A stretch of 64,000 nt of DNA from Planctomycetota bacterium (GCA_965228735.1 OZ245838.1:1403011-1467010); one strand, 5' to 3'. Positions 31,440-41,802 are shown, counted from the first letter of the stretch. Numbers and translations: made by a program. Notes: generated by a model from the sequence alone, not told the origin.

Positions 31440-32657
31440 TCAGCCGGCAACCACGAGCAGATCCCGCACGAACGCCTCGGACATCTCGAGCGTGAAGTCG
31501 AGGTCGTCGTGGCGCACGACGATCCAGCCGTCGCCCACCACGACCTTGCGCCAGTCCTTCTTCGGGTGCCCGACGGGCGTGAGCTCGATCGACGCGATGT
31601 GCGGGCCGTAGCGCTGCAGCAGCTCGCGCAGGCCGCGGTGCTCGACGACCGTGGACCCGGCCCCCTGCGCCCGCTTGAAGATCATCGACGCGTTGTACTT
31701 CGGCTTCGTGTCCTGACTCAGCCGGCCATAGCAGATCGCCTCGGCCCAGCCGCGAAACAGGTCGATGTCGTAGCCGTAGTTCATCGCGTGGACGAGCCGC
31801 GCGCCCGGCGGCCGACCGCCGATCTCGCCGAAGACCGCCTCGCCGCTCGCGGTCCGGAACCACTCCATGTGCGTGAACCCGGACTCGAACCCGAGCGCCT
31901 GCAGCACGCCGTGCCCGAGCTCGACCCCCGGCCGCGGCAGCTCCGCGTGGATGTCCTTGAGCACGATGTTCTGCATCGAGATCCACTCGTGCTGCGCGAG
32001 GATCATCGGCTTGGGCTTGTACCACGACACGTTCTCGAACAGCACCTTGCCGCCGGCGCACACCGTGTCGTAGGTCAGCTCCTCGCCCTCGACGTACTCC
32101 TCGACCGAGATCTCCTCGACGTGGCGCGTGCGCGCGAGCGCCTGCTCGAACTCGGCCCGATCCCCGCAGCGGAACGTGTTCTGGCTGCCGGCCCCGTCGA
32201 TCGGTTTGACGATCGCCGGATACCCGACCTGCTCGGCGACGGCCCACGCCTCGCTCTGCGTGCGCGCGCGCCCGTGCCGCGGCACGCGTAAACCGGCGGC
32301 CTCGACGGCCTGCTTCATCGCTTCCTTGTCGCGCACGACGGCGGTCTGCGCCATCGTCATGCCGGGCACGTCGAACGCGTGGCGCAGTCGCGCGGCCAGG
32401 TACATGAGGCGTTCCCACGAGCACTCGACCCGATCGACGCTGCGGCCACGGAGCCAGCTGCGCACGCGTTCGACCGCGGCCTCTTCGTCGGCGAACGAGC
32501 ACTGCAGGTAGTCGGCGAGGACCTCGCGCGCCTCCTGCGGCAACGCCGCCGCCGGTTGGTCGCCGACGCCGTAGACGCGGGCACCGACCTGGGCGAGTCC
32601 GCGCGCGAACAGCGGCATCTCGGCGGGAAAGCCAGGACTGAGAAAGACGACGTTCAT
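31440..32657 (-). CDS. ATP-grasp ligase, paralog A
   Basis: RDKEAMK, GYPAIVKPIDGAGS, EEYVEGEE, THMEWF, EIGGRPPG; start ATG 32657. Confidence 0.88.
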   Translation of the reverse strand: MNVVFLSPGFPAEMPLFARGLAQVGARVYGVGDQPAAALPQEAREVLADYLQCSFADEEAAVERVRSWLRGRSVDRVECSWERLMYLAARLRHAFDVPGMTMAQTAVVRDKEAMKQAVEAAGLRVPRHGRARTQSEAWAVAEQVGYPAIVKPIDGAGSQNTFRCGDRAEFEQALARTRHVEEISVEEYVEGEELTYDTVCAGGKVLFENVSWYKPKPMILAQHEWISMQNIVLKDIHAELPRPGVELGHGVLQALGFESGFTHMEWFRTASGEAVFGEIGGRPPGARLVHAMNYGYDIDLFRGWAEAICYGRLSQDTKPKYNASMIFKRAQGAGSTVVEHRGLRELLQRYGPHIASIELTPVGHPKKDWRKVVVGDGWIVVRHDDLDFTLEMSEAFVRDLLVVAG

Positions 32658-32700
32658 GGTGCTTGCTGCGCGGGTCCCTGAGCGAACAACTTGCGAGCGG

Positions 32701-33954
32701 TCAACTCCCGAGCTCGACACGCACGGTGGTGAGAATGCGGTCGGCAGCCGCCTGCACGACCTCGGTGTCCGGGTGCCGGACGATCACATGCCCCTCGCCC
32801 TCGTAGCTCGCGCTCGGCGCCTGACCGACCTCCGGCATCATCGCCTCGACGATCAGCGGGCCGAGCTCCTGCTCGATCTCCCGCACGCCGTGGACGGCCG
32901 TCACGCGCCGCGCGCCGCCGCGCCCCCGCTTGCCGTCCTGGCCGGCGAGCTGACCGCGCAGGTAGACCGCGGCGACCGCGTACTGCCGCGCCGGCGGCTC
33001 GAACCGTTCGAACACCATGAGCTCGGCGAACGCGCGATACATGTCGCGGTCGTAGGCGTAGCTCATGAGCGACACGAACTGCGCGCCCGGCGGCCGCGCG
33101 GCGACCTCGCCGATCGCGATCGAACCGTCGTCGCGCCGGAACCACTCCATGTGGGTCATCCCGGTCCACATGCCGAGCGCCTGCAGCGCCGCGGGACCGA
33201 AGCGGTGGATCTGGGCGTACTCCGGCCCGTCGATCTGGCGCGGGAGCACGACGCACCACTGGATCCACGGGTTGTCCATCACCGTGAGCGGCGTCGGGTG
33301 GTAGCTCGAGATGCTGTGCAGCACATGCATGCCGTGCAGCGTGATCGAGTCGAACGAGAACTCGCGCCCCTGCACGAACTCCTCGACGAGCACCTCGCGG
33401 CCGGGTGCGGGCCGCGTCGCCTGCAGGAAGTGCCGCAGGTCGTCCTGGTTCTCGCAGCGTGACGTCGACTTGGCCCCGGCCCCGGCCGGCGGTTTGGCGA
33501 CGAGCGGATAGCCGATCGCGCTCGCGAACGCCTCGGCCATCGCCGCCGAGCTGCAGAGCCGGTGCCGCGCGGTGCCGATCCCGTGCGAGCTGAGCACCTC
33601 CTTCATGCGCGCCTTGTCGCGGAAGTTCCTGGCCTCCTGGCGATCCATACCGCGGATGGACAGCTCCTCGCGCACCTGGCCGAGCGGCTCCTGCAGCGGC
33701 TCGAGGATGCCGAGCAGGCGTTCGACCTCACCGTGGGCCGCGCCCAGCTCGCGCACCGAACGCGCGATCACCGCGGGATCGAGGGCGTCGCCGACCGTGC
33801 GCAGGTCCACGAGCCGATCGGTCAGGTCCGCGGGCAACGCGGATCGTTGGTCCTGCGTCACGACGCTGAGCTCGACGCCCGGCAGCGCGGCGACCGCGCG
33901 CGCGAATCGCAGCGAGCTTTGCATTCCGAACGGGATGACGAAGACGACGTGCAT
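32701..33954 (-). CDS. ATP-grasp ligase, paralog B
   Basis: RDKARMK, GYPLVAKP..GAGA, EEFVQGRE, THMEWF, EVAARPPG; start ATG 33954. Confidence 0.88.
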   Translation of the reverse strand: MHVVFVIPFGMQSSLRFARAVAALPGVELSVVTQDQRSALPADLTDRLVDLRTVGDALDPAVIARSVRELGAAHGEVERLLGILEPLQEPLGQVREELSIRGMDRQEARNFRDKARMKEVLSSHGIGTARHRLCSSAAMAEAFASAIGYPLVAKPPAGAGAKSTSRCENQDDLRHFLQATRPAPGREVLVEEFVQGREFSFDSITLHGMHVLHSISSYHPTPLTVMDNPWIQWCVVLPRQIDGPEYAQIHRFGPAALQALGMWTGMTHMEWFRRDDGSIAIGEVAARPPGAQFVSLMSYAYDRDMYRAFAELMVFERFEPPARQYAVAAVYLRGQLAGQDGKRGRGGARRVTAVHGVREIEQELGPLIVEAMMPEVGQAPSASYEGEGHVIVRHPDTEVVQAAADRILTTVRVELGS

Positions 33955-34098
33955 GAGAGCGGAGCGGTCGCGCATGCTATTGCGACCACCGCGCCGTCGC
34001 TACCTTTGAGCCACCGCTCTCGCGCGGAGCGCCCATCGTTGCGAACTTCGGCGACACCACGCTCGCGTCGTGGCGGCCGGCATGCGAGCATCGCAGTC

Positions 34099-35565
34099 AT
34101 GCGTCCCCTGCGCATCTGCCTCGCCGCCTCGGAGCTGTCGCCGTACGCCAAGACCGGCGGCCTCGCCGACGTGGTCACGGGTCTCGGCCGGTATCTCGGC
34201 CGGGCGGGCCACGAGACCCGCATCTTCGTGCCGCTGTATCGCAGCATCGCGGAGTCGGACCTCCAGACCACGGTGCTCGAACGAGCTCAGGACATCGACG
34301 TCCGGTTCCCCGACCGCACCGTCCGGTTCTCGATCCGGACCGCGACGTTGCCAGGGCAGGAGAACGGCAGCTCGCCGCAGGTGTGCTTCGTCGACTGCCC
34401 CGAGCTCTACCACCGGGCCGGCCTCTACACCGAGGACGGCGACGAGTCGCTGCGCTTCGCGACGCTCAACCGCGCCGTGCTCGACACGTGCCAGCGCCTC
34501 GGCTGGGCGCCGGACGTGATCCACTGCAACGACTGGCACACGAGCCTGATCCCGCTGCTGCTGCGCACGACGTATCACTGGGACAAGCTGTTCCGCAAGA
34601 CCAGGACCCTGCTGACGATCCACAACATCGGCTACCAGGGCTCGTTCGCCGACAGCCACCTCAAGACGATCGGCCTCGACGATCAGCGCGCACACCTGCA
34701 CCACGGCGACCTGCGCGACGGGCGCTTCGCGTTCCTCAAGACCGGCGTGCTGCACGCCAACAAGCTGTCCACGGTCTCGGTGACGTACGCCGAGGAGATC
34801 CAAACCGCGGAGTACGGCATGGGGATGGAAGAGCTGCTGCAGACGCGCAAGCGCGACCTGGTCGGCATCGTCAACGGCGTCGACTACGGCGACTGGGATC
34901 CGGCGACCGATCCGCTGATCCCGCACCACTACTCCGCCGACGATCCGAGCGGCAAGGCCAAGATGAAGGCCGCGCTGCTGCAGCGCATGGAGCTGCCGCA
35001 CGACCCGCGCGCCCCGGTGTTCGGCGTCGTCTCGCGCCTCACGGCGCAGAAGGGCTTCGAGCTGTTCGCCGACTCGATCCCGGTCTTCCTGCAGCGCGAG
35101 GACATGCGCCTCGTCGTGCTCGGCTCGGGCGAGAGCAAGCACGAGACCTACTTCCAATGGCTGCGCGACACGTGGCCCGACAAGGTCGGGCTCTACCGCG
35201 GCTTCCACAACGAGCTCGCCCACTGGATCGAGGCCGGCAGCGACGTGTTCCTCATGCCGTCGCGCTTCGAGCCGTGCGGGCTCAACCAGATGTACAGCCT
35301 GCGCTACGGCACCGCGCCGATCGTGCGCAAGACCGGCGGGCTCGCCGACACGGTGCAGCCGTGGGATCCCGCGGCCCGCACCGGCACGGGCTTTCTGTTC
35401 GAGGAGTACACGAGCCAGGCGCTCGCCGGCACGATCGACTGGTGCCTGCGCAACTGGCGCGACCAGGAGGGCTGGCGGCAGTTGATCAAGAACGGCATGC
35501 AGCGCGATTTCTCCTGGGACCGCCAGGGCGCCGAGTACGTGAAGCTCTACCGTGAGCTGGCCTGA
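34099..35565 (+). CDS. glgA: Glycogen/starch synthase (GT5)
   Basis: SELSPYAKTGGLADV, HCNDWHT, TIHNIGYQG, GIVNGVDY, MPSRFEPCGLNQMYSLRYG, TGGLADTV. Confidence 0.96.
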   Translation: MRPLRICLAASELSPYAKTGGLADVVTGLGRYLGRAGHETRIFVPLYRSIAESDLQTTVLERAQDIDVRFPDRTVRFSIRTATLPGQENGSSPQVCFVDCPELYHRAGLYTEDGDESLRFATLNRAVLDTCQRLGWAPDVIHCNDWHTSLIPLLLRTTYHWDKLFRKTRTLLTIHNIGYQGSFADSHLKTIGLDDQRAHLHHGDLRDGRFAFLKTGVLHANKLSTVSVTYAEEIQTAEYGMGMEELLQTRKRDLVGIVNGVDYGDWDPATDPLIPHHYSADDPSGKAKMKAALLQRMELPHDPRAPVFGVVSRLTAQKGFELFADSIPVFLQREDMRLVVLGSGESKHETYFQWLRDTWPDKVGLYRGFHNELAHWIEAGSDVFLMPSRFEPCGLNQMYSLRYGTAPIVRKTGGLADTVQPWDPAARTGTGFLFEEYTSQALAGTIDWCLRNWRDQEGWRQLIKNGMQRDFSWDRQGAEYVKLYRELA

Positions 35566-35633
35566 GCCGGACACGGCTCCGCCAGACCTCACCGCTCGAC
35601 CTCACCGGCCACCGACCGCAGAAACCCCACCCC

Positions 35634-36854
35634 ATGCACGTCGTTCTCGTCGAACCTGCCTTCCCAGCCAACCAGCGCGAGTTCCTGCGCGGCCTGCTCT
35701 CCACGGGCGCGCGCATCTCCGCGATCAGTGAGCGGCCACCCGAGGCGTTGCCCACCGACCTCCGAGAAGGACTGTTCCAGCACGAACGCATCCGGTCCGT
35801 CGTCGACGAACGCGCGCTCGCCGACGCGGTCAAACGGTTGTCACAGCGCGCGCGCGTCGACCGACTCGAGGCGACGATCGAGGCCCACGTGATGGCCGCG
35901 GCCCACGTACGCGAGCACCTCGACATCCCCGGCACGACGAGCAAGACGGCGTGGCTCTGCCGCGACAAGCCGGCGATGAAGGACGCCGTTCGCGAAGCCG
36001 GGATCGCGTGTGCCGCGAGCGCGCGCGTGACGAGCCCCGAGGACGCGCGCGCGTTCGCCGAACGCGAAGGCTACCCGTTGATCCTCAAGCCGCTCGACGG
36101 CGCCGGCGCGTCCGGCACGCACAAGGTCGACGACGTCGACCAGCTCGAGTCGGTGATCGCGGAGCTCGGCGTCGACCGCGGGCGCGAGGTCGCGATCGAG
36201 GAGTTCCTGTCCGGCCACGAGGGTTTCTACGACTCTCTCTGCGTCGCGGGGAAGCCGGTGATCGACTTCGCGTGTCACTACTTCCCCAACGTGCTCGAGG
36301 CGATGCGCACGCGCTGGATCTCGCCGCAGATCCTCGTGACGAATCGCATCGGCGAATCGACCTACGAAGAACTGCGTACGATGGGTCAGGCCGCGATCTC
36401 GGCGCTCGGCATCTGGACGTCGGCAACGCACATGGAGTGGTTCTTCGGCGAGAAGGGCCTGAAGTTCTCCGAGATCGGCTGCCGCCCGCCGGGCGTCGGC
36501 GTGTGGGACCTCTACTGCTCGGCCAACGAATTCGATCTCTACGCGGCGTGGGGCCACGCGATCGTGCACGAGGACGTGCCGTTCGAACCGTCGCGCAAGT
36601 ACGCCGCCGGGATGATCGCGCTGCGCCCCGAGAAGGACGGGACGATCACGGGCTACGACGGGCTCGACGAACTGCAGCGCCGCTACGGCGAGTGGATCCT
36701 CGACGTGCACACGCCGCCGCCGGGCACCAGGACGCAGGGCGTCGAGGCGGGCTACATGGCCAACGCCTGGATCCGCATGCGGCACCCGGACTACGACGCG
36801 CTGCGTTCGATGTTCGATACCGTCGGCGAGTTGGTGAAGGTGCGCGCGCGCTGA
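35634..36854 (+). CDS. ATP-grasp ligase, paralog C
   Basis: RDKPAMK, GYPLILKPLDGAGA, EEFLSGHE, THMEWF, EIGCRPPG. Confidence 0.9.
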   Translation: MHVVLVEPAFPANQREFLRGLLSTGARISAISERPPEALPTDLREGLFQHERIRSVVDERALADAVKRLSQRARVDRLEATIEAHVMAAAHVREHLDIPGTTSKTAWLCRDKPAMKDAVREAGIACAASARVTSPEDARAFAEREGYPLILKPLDGAGASGTHKVDDVDQLESVIAELGVDRGREVAIEEFLSGHEGFYDSLCVAGKPVIDFACHYFPNVLEAMRTRWISPQILVTNRIGESTYEELRTMGQAAISALGIWTSATHMEWFFGEKGLKFSEIGCRPPGVGVWDLYCSANEFDLYAAWGHAIVHEDVPFEPSRKYAAGMIALRPEKDGTITGYDGLDELQRRYGEWILDVHTPPPGTRTQGVEAGYMANAWIRMRHPDYDALRSMFDTVGELVKVRAR

Positions 36855-36987
36855 GGACCGACGCGCCGCCGACACGGCCGAGCGTACGAACACCCGGGAC
36901 CGTAGAACGGCCCGGGCATCATCCATCGCGGTCATTGCCCCCGAGTTCGTCCGTAAGCACCTCTCGATGGCGCGTCCGGCTCCTGCA

Positions 36988-36996
36988 GTGCTACAA
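36988..36996 (+). promoter_or_regulatory. GTGCTACAA motif (extended -10-like) upstream of PKD paralog 1
   Basis: The identical 9-mer occurs at 39631-39639 at nearly the same distance from the second paralog's ATG. Confidence 0.5.
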
Positions 36997-37033
36997 CAGT
37001 GGTCTGTCTCTTCCGCTCCAACTTCGTTTCATC

Positions 37034-39364
37034 ATGAGTGCGACACCTGTCCGTTTTCTCGTCCCGGCCATCCTGGCTGCGGGCCTCTCCTCGAGCCTCA
37101 CGGCGCAATTCACCGTCGTCGTGCCCGACGGCACGGCCAACGCGCCGGGCAACTCCTCCAACGCGTTCCCCTGGGGCACCACCGCCGGGTCCTTCCCCGG
37201 TCTGCGGCTGATGGCGACCTACGGTGCAGTCAACTTCACCAACCAGGCCGTCAACTCGCCGATCCTGATCACGGGCGTCAAGTGGCGGCCGAACGACACC
37301 TCCGCGGCCGTCGGCGGCGGCCAGTTCAACGCCGGGACGATCGAGATGTCGACCTCGGCCGTCGGCCAGGCCAACGTCACGACCAACTTCGCCACCAACC
37401 ACGGTGTGGATCGCACGGTCGTCTATGACGCGGCGGTCAACGGGCCGGTCGTGCACACGCCGTCGCCCGGCTCGGGGGCCTGGACGCCGCAGTCCTGGGT
37501 CGTCGACGTGACGCTCGCCACGCCGTTCCTCTACGACCCCACGTCCGGCGACCTCGTCGTCGACGTCGACTACCCGACCGGCAGCTTCTCCGGGGCGGGC
37601 GTCGGCCAGATGGACATCCAGTCGACGGGTAGCAACTCGTCGCGCGTCTTCGCCAGCACGAACTACCCGGCCGCCAACGGCACGACCTCGAACCACGGCC
37701 CGGTCATCGAGCTGACCTACGTGCCGCCCGTCGGCGTGTACGCGAACTTCAGCGCCAACGTGCAGACCGGCCCGTCGCCGCTGATGGTCAACTTCACCGA
37801 CACGAGCTTCAGCAGCCCCAACCCGATCACGTCGTGGGCCTGGGACTTCGAGAACGACGGCACCGTCGACTCGACCGCCCAGAACCCGTCGCACACCTAC
37901 GCGTCGTGCGGCGAGTTCGACGTCAGCCTGACGGTCACCGACAGCCTGAACCAGTCCTCGACCCTGGTCAAGAACGCCTTCATCGCCGTCGACCCGCTCG
38001 CGGCCGACTTCACGGCGACGCCGACGTTCGGCGCCGAACCGCTCATCGTGAACTTCACGGACACGTCGACCGGCGGGTCCGCGGTCCCGATCATGTGGGA
38101 GTGGGACATGGACGGCGATGGTGTCTTCGACATCATGGGCACCACGCCAGCCGAGCAGAACCCCGTCTGGGTCTACCTCGGCGGCACCTACACCGTCACG
38201 CTCCGCACGACCTTCGCCTGCACGAGCGGCGTCGGTGTCGTAACGGAGACCAAGACCGACCTGATCACGTGCGTCGGCGCGACGACCAACACGCAGGGCG
38301 CGGACCTCTTCGAGTTCCAGTTCAACGAAGTGCGCGGCGACCAGGCCTTCAACGCCGCGTCGACGACCGCGGCGCCGGCGTCGGCGACCGTCAGCTCGAC
38401 GACCTGGCAGGTCGACCCGGGCCGCCTGGACTTCAAGGGCGACGGCCCGACGGGCGCGCTCGGCAACGGCGGCCTCGTCGCGACCGGCCACGCGCTCGAT
38501 CAGCAGGGCAGCATGACGATCTGCTGGTGGCAGCGCCTGAACACGCCCCCGGGCGCCTCGCTCGCGTACGTGTTCGGCGGCTCGGGTGGCAGCTTCCGCT
38601 GCTTCACGGGCGGCGTCGCGGGGAACACCCTGTGGTACCGCGGCAGCTCCATCGGTGACGTGCAGGCGAGCTACGACGTCCAGGCCAACGCCGGCGTCTG
38701 GGAGCACGTCGCGCTCGTCGTCGACGACACCGCGGGCACGGCCGACTGGTACTTCAACGGCGTGTTCGACACGTCGACCGCGTTCCCGGCCGGCACCCAC
38801 ACGGCGACCAACACCGACTACCACGTCGGCTACCACACGAGCACCGCGTCGATCTACACCTCGGGCTACGACCTGGACGACTACCGGCACTACAACAACG
38901 CCCTGACCGCGACCGAGATCGCGGCCATCGCGTCCGGGACCGAGCACGCCGCGAGCACGAACTACGGCAGCGGTTGCGCCGGTTCGGCGGGCACCCCGTC
39001 GATCTCCGGCAACGAAGCGCCGGACGGCAGCGGCCCCATCGGCACGCCGACCTACAGCGTCAACCTCAGCGGCGCCCAGCCGAACGCCGGTGCGTTCCTC
39101 GCGTTCGGCTTCCTCGCGGGCAGCAACCCGCTGCTGCCGTTCGACCTCGGCGCGGTCCTCGGTGCCCCCTACGCGGGTTGCGAGATCCACACCGACGCGA
39201 GCTCGGCGCTGTTCCTCCTGACGGATGCCTCCGGCTCCGCGTCGGTGCCGCTGCCGATCCCGGGCAACGGTCAGTTCACGCAGCTGCACATCTACTGTCA
39301 GTACATGGTGCTCGACAGCACCGTGGGCTCCGTTTCGGACGCCCTCGACGTCAACATCAAGTAG
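37034..39364 (+). CDS. Secreted protein: N-terminal domain, 2 PKD domains, LamG-like domain, conserved two-Cys C-terminal domain (776 aa)
   Basis: Signal peptide MSATPVRFLVPAILAAGLSSSLTAQ; PKD motifs VNFTDTS..WAWDFENDG..QNPSHTY and VNFTDTS..WEWDMDGDG; WEHVALV..WYFNG..LDDYRHYNNALT (LamG). Confidence 0.88.
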   Translation: MSATPVRFLVPAILAAGLSSSLTAQFTVVVPDGTANAPGNSSNAFPWGTTAGSFPGLRLMATYGAVNFTNQAVNSPILITGVKWRPNDTSAAVGGGQFNAGTIEMSTSAVGQANVTTNFATNHGVDRTVVYDAAVNGPVVHTPSPGSGAWTPQSWVVDVTLATPFLYDPTSGDLVVDVDYPTGSFSGAGVGQMDIQSTGSNSSRVFASTNYPAANGTTSNHGPVIELTYVPPVGVYANFSANVQTGPSPLMVNFTDTSFSSPNPITSWAWDFENDGTVDSTAQNPSHTYASCGEFDVSLTVTDSLNQSSTLVKNAFIAVDPLAADFTATPTFGAEPLIVNFTDTSTGGSAVPIMWEWDMDGDGVFDIMGTTPAEQNPVWVYLGGTYTVTLRTTFACTSGVGVVTETKTDLITCVGATTNTQGADLFEFQFNEVRGDQAFNAASTTAAPASATVSSTTWQVDPGRLDFKGDGPTGALGNGGLVATGHALDQQGSMTICWWQRLNTPPGASLAYVFGGSGGSFRCFTGGVAGNTLWYRGSSIGDVQASYDVQANAGVWEHVALVVDDTAGTADWYFNGVFDTSTAFPAGTHTATNTDYHVGYHTSTASIYTSGYDLDDYRHYNNALTATEIAAIASGTEHAASTNYGSGCAGSAGTPSISGNEAPDGSGPIGTPTYSVNLSGAQPNAGAFLAFGFLAGSNPLLPFDLGAVLGAPYAGCEIHTDASSALFLLTDASGSASVPLPIPGNGQFTQLHIYCQYMVLDSTVGSVSDALDVNIK

Positions 39365-39383
39365 GACTCGCGTCCTGCCGACC

Positions 39384-39405
39384 GCGCGCGCCGACCGGCG
39401 CGCGC
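39384..39405 (+). terminator. GC-rich hairpin (gcgcgcgccg-ac-cggcgcgcgc) after PKD paralog 1; no U-tract
   Basis: Perfect inverted repeat about 20 nt after the stop codon. Confidence 0.35.
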
Positions 39406-39630
39406 CTCACGGGCTCGATCGTGCGACGCGCACGCTCGGGCCCGTTCCACGTCCGGCTGCTTCGATTCGGCCGCTGCCGTCGGCGATCGCTCGTCAGCTC
39501 GCGAACCGACACCCGTGGCGACCCGCGTGACGATTCACCCAGGACCGAAAACCCGGCGATTCGCGGCCGCTTGCGGACTTGCCCCGAAGTTGTCCAAACG
39601 GTTCAACCTGCGCACGACTGCGCAACGGGG

Positions 39631-39639
39631 GTGCTACAA
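39631..39639 (+). promoter_or_regulatory. GTGCTACAA motif upstream of PKD paralog 2
   Basis: Duplicate of 36988-36996. Confidence 0.5.
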
Positions 39640-39678
39640 GAGCCGCTCGTAACCTTCCACGCTCCCCATCAGAACACC

Positions 39679-41802
39679 ATGAGTGCGACACCCTTCCGAC
39701 TCCTCGCTTCCACCGCCCTGCTGACCGCCGGGCTCGCCACCGGGCTCGACGCGCAGCAGACCGTCGTCATCCCCAACGGCATGGCCAACGCTGCCGGCAG
39801 CACGGCCAACAACTTCCCCTTCGGCTACACGGGCACCGCGTGGCCGGGCCTGCGCACGATGGCGTGCTACGACACGTCGCACTTCACGCAGCAGGGCATC
39901 AACCAGCCGATTCTGATCCAGTCGATCTCCTGGCGCGCCAACGACACGACGGCGTCCTGGACCGGCGGCACGCACCCGAACGCGACGATCGCGATGGCGA
40001 GTGCCGCGGTCGACTACACCGCGGTCACGACCACCTTCGCGTCGAACGTCGGCCCGGACTACGCGGTCGTCTACACCGGTCCCGTCACGGTCACGGCCGG
40101 CGCGGGCGCCGGCACGGGCACGCCGTCGCCGTTCTACATCACGGTGCAGATCCCCGGCGCGGGCTTCCTCTACGACCCGACCGCGGGCAACGACCTGATC
40201 GTCGACTGTGACAACATGCTCGGCGGCTGGTCCGGCGGTTCGACGACCTCGCACGATGTCGACGGCAGCCCCAGCGCGATGGCGAGCCGCATCTATGCGA
40301 GCTCGAACTACCCGACGGCCAACGGCACGACCCAGAACCACGGCATCGTGATCGAACTCGGCTACGTCCCGGCCTCGGGTCTCTACGCCAACTTCGACTC
40401 GGACGTCCAGACCGGCAGCTCGCCGCTGACGGTGAACTTCACCGACACGTCGTTCACGAGCACGCCGACCGGCGTGACCACGTGGGCGTGGGACTTCGAG
40501 AACGACGGCACGATCGACTCGACGCTGCAGAACCCGTCACACGTCTACCCGGCGTGCGGTTCGTACGACGTCGCGCTGACCGTCGACGACGGCGTCTTCC
40601 CGACCTCCACGATCGTCAAGAACGCGTTCATCCAGCCGGACCTGGTGCCGATCACCCCGAGCTTCTCGGTCACGCCGATCGCGGCGAACGTCTACCAGTT
40701 CATGGACACGTCGACCCCGACGCCCACGGCGTGGGAGTGGGACTTCGACAACGACGGCATCGTCGACTCGACGGGTCAGAACCCGGCATGGGCATTCCCG
40801 TCGCCGTGCGGCGCCGAGGAGATCCGCCTCGCGGTCTACAACCAGTGTCACGGCCCGTGGGAGACCGTGCAGTCGCTCGCGATCGCGCCCAACACGTTCT
40901 CGACGACGTTCGTGCCGAACAACGGTCTCTCCGGCAACGGCGCCGGCAACCTGTTCGACATCGACGTCACGAACCCCCGCGGCGTGAACATCTGCGGCCT
41001 CACTCTGACGCCGTACTCGACGACTGCCGGCAACCCGATCACGTGTGAGGTCTGGGTGACCGACGCGCCCGGCGGCGTGCAGGGCAACTACAACGACCCG
41101 AGCGTCTGGCGCCTGATGACGACCGGCTCCGGCATCGACACCGGCACGACGGGCGCGCTGACGGCCTTCGACCTCAACCAGCCGCTCTACCTGCCGTTCG
41201 GCCAGTACGCGATGGCGATCGGCACGAGCCAGGGCCTGCGTTACCAGACGCTGAGCGCCGGCCCGACGACGGTCGTCGGCCCGGACTTCACGATCACGGC
41301 GGGCCGCAGCGCTTCCACGCTGTTCACGGCCGGCATCGACAACCGCGCCATCTGCGGCGAGCTGGCCTACAGCATCGCGGGCGGCGGCGACCTCGCGGGC
41401 TTCGGCCTCGAGGGCATCGGTTGCCCGGGCTCGCTGGGTCAGTCGACGATCACCGCGAGCGGCCCGCCCCAGATCGGCACGACCTTCACGGTCACGGTCG
41501 ACAACCTGCCAGCCAACGCCGCGATCCTGATGACCGGCTTCAGCAACACGACGTCGGTGCTCGGCAGCCTGCCGCTCAGCACTGCGCCGTTCGGCGCCCC
41601 CGGCTGCGCGCTCAACATCAGCCCGGACGTCAACACGTTCCTGGCCGGCACGGGCAACACCGTGAGCTCGAGTCTGACGATTCCGGCCAACGCGGTGCTG
41701 ATCGACGTGCTGATGTTCCAGCAGGCCGTCGTCCTCGACCCGGGTTTCAACGCCGCCAGCGCAGTCGGCTCGGACAGCTCCGCGGTCTACGTGGGCCTGT
41801 AG
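39679..41802 (+). CDS. Secreted PKD-domain protein with conserved two-Cys C-terminal domain (707 aa), tandem paralog
   Basis: Signal peptide MSATPFRLLASTALLTAGLATGLDAQ; PKD motifs WAWDFENDG..QNPSHVY and WEWDFDNDG..QNP. Confidence 0.88.
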   Translation: MSATPFRLLASTALLTAGLATGLDAQQTVVIPNGMANAAGSTANNFPFGYTGTAWPGLRTMACYDTSHFTQQGINQPILIQSISWRANDTTASWTGGTHPNATIAMASAAVDYTAVTTTFASNVGPDYAVVYTGPVTVTAGAGAGTGTPSPFYITVQIPGAGFLYDPTAGNDLIVDCDNMLGGWSGGSTTSHDVDGSPSAMASRIYASSNYPTANGTTQNHGIVIELGYVPASGLYANFDSDVQTGSSPLTVNFTDTSFTSTPTGVTTWAWDFENDGTIDSTLQNPSHVYPACGSYDVALTVDDGVFPTSTIVKNAFIQPDLVPITPSFSVTPIAANVYQFMDTSTPTPTAWEWDFDNDGIVDSTGQNPAWAFPSPCGAEEIRLAVYNQCHGPWETVQSLAIAPNTFSTTFVPNNGLSGNGAGNLFDIDVTNPRGVNICGLTLTPYSTTAGNPITCEVWVTDAPGGVQGNYNDPSVWRLMTTGSGIDTGTTGALTAFDLNQPLYLPFGQYAMAIGTSQGLRYQTLSAGPTTVVGPDFTITAGRSASTLFTAGIDNRAICGELAYSIAGGGDLAGFGLEGIGCPGSLGQSTITASGPPQIGTTFTVTVDNLPANAAILMTGFSNTTSVLGSLPLSTAPFGAPGCALNISPDVNTFLAGTGNTVSSSLTIPANAVLIDVLMFQQAVVLDPGFNAASAVGSDSSAVYVGL

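Noticed and set aside
35951-37033. N-terminal extensions given by the ORF track (also for rsmE, glgA, pheT, the porin, kinase, sigma and PKD2)
   Set aside because: They overlap neighbouring genes. Internal ATG/GTG starts match family N-termini, signal peptides or stop-start overlaps.
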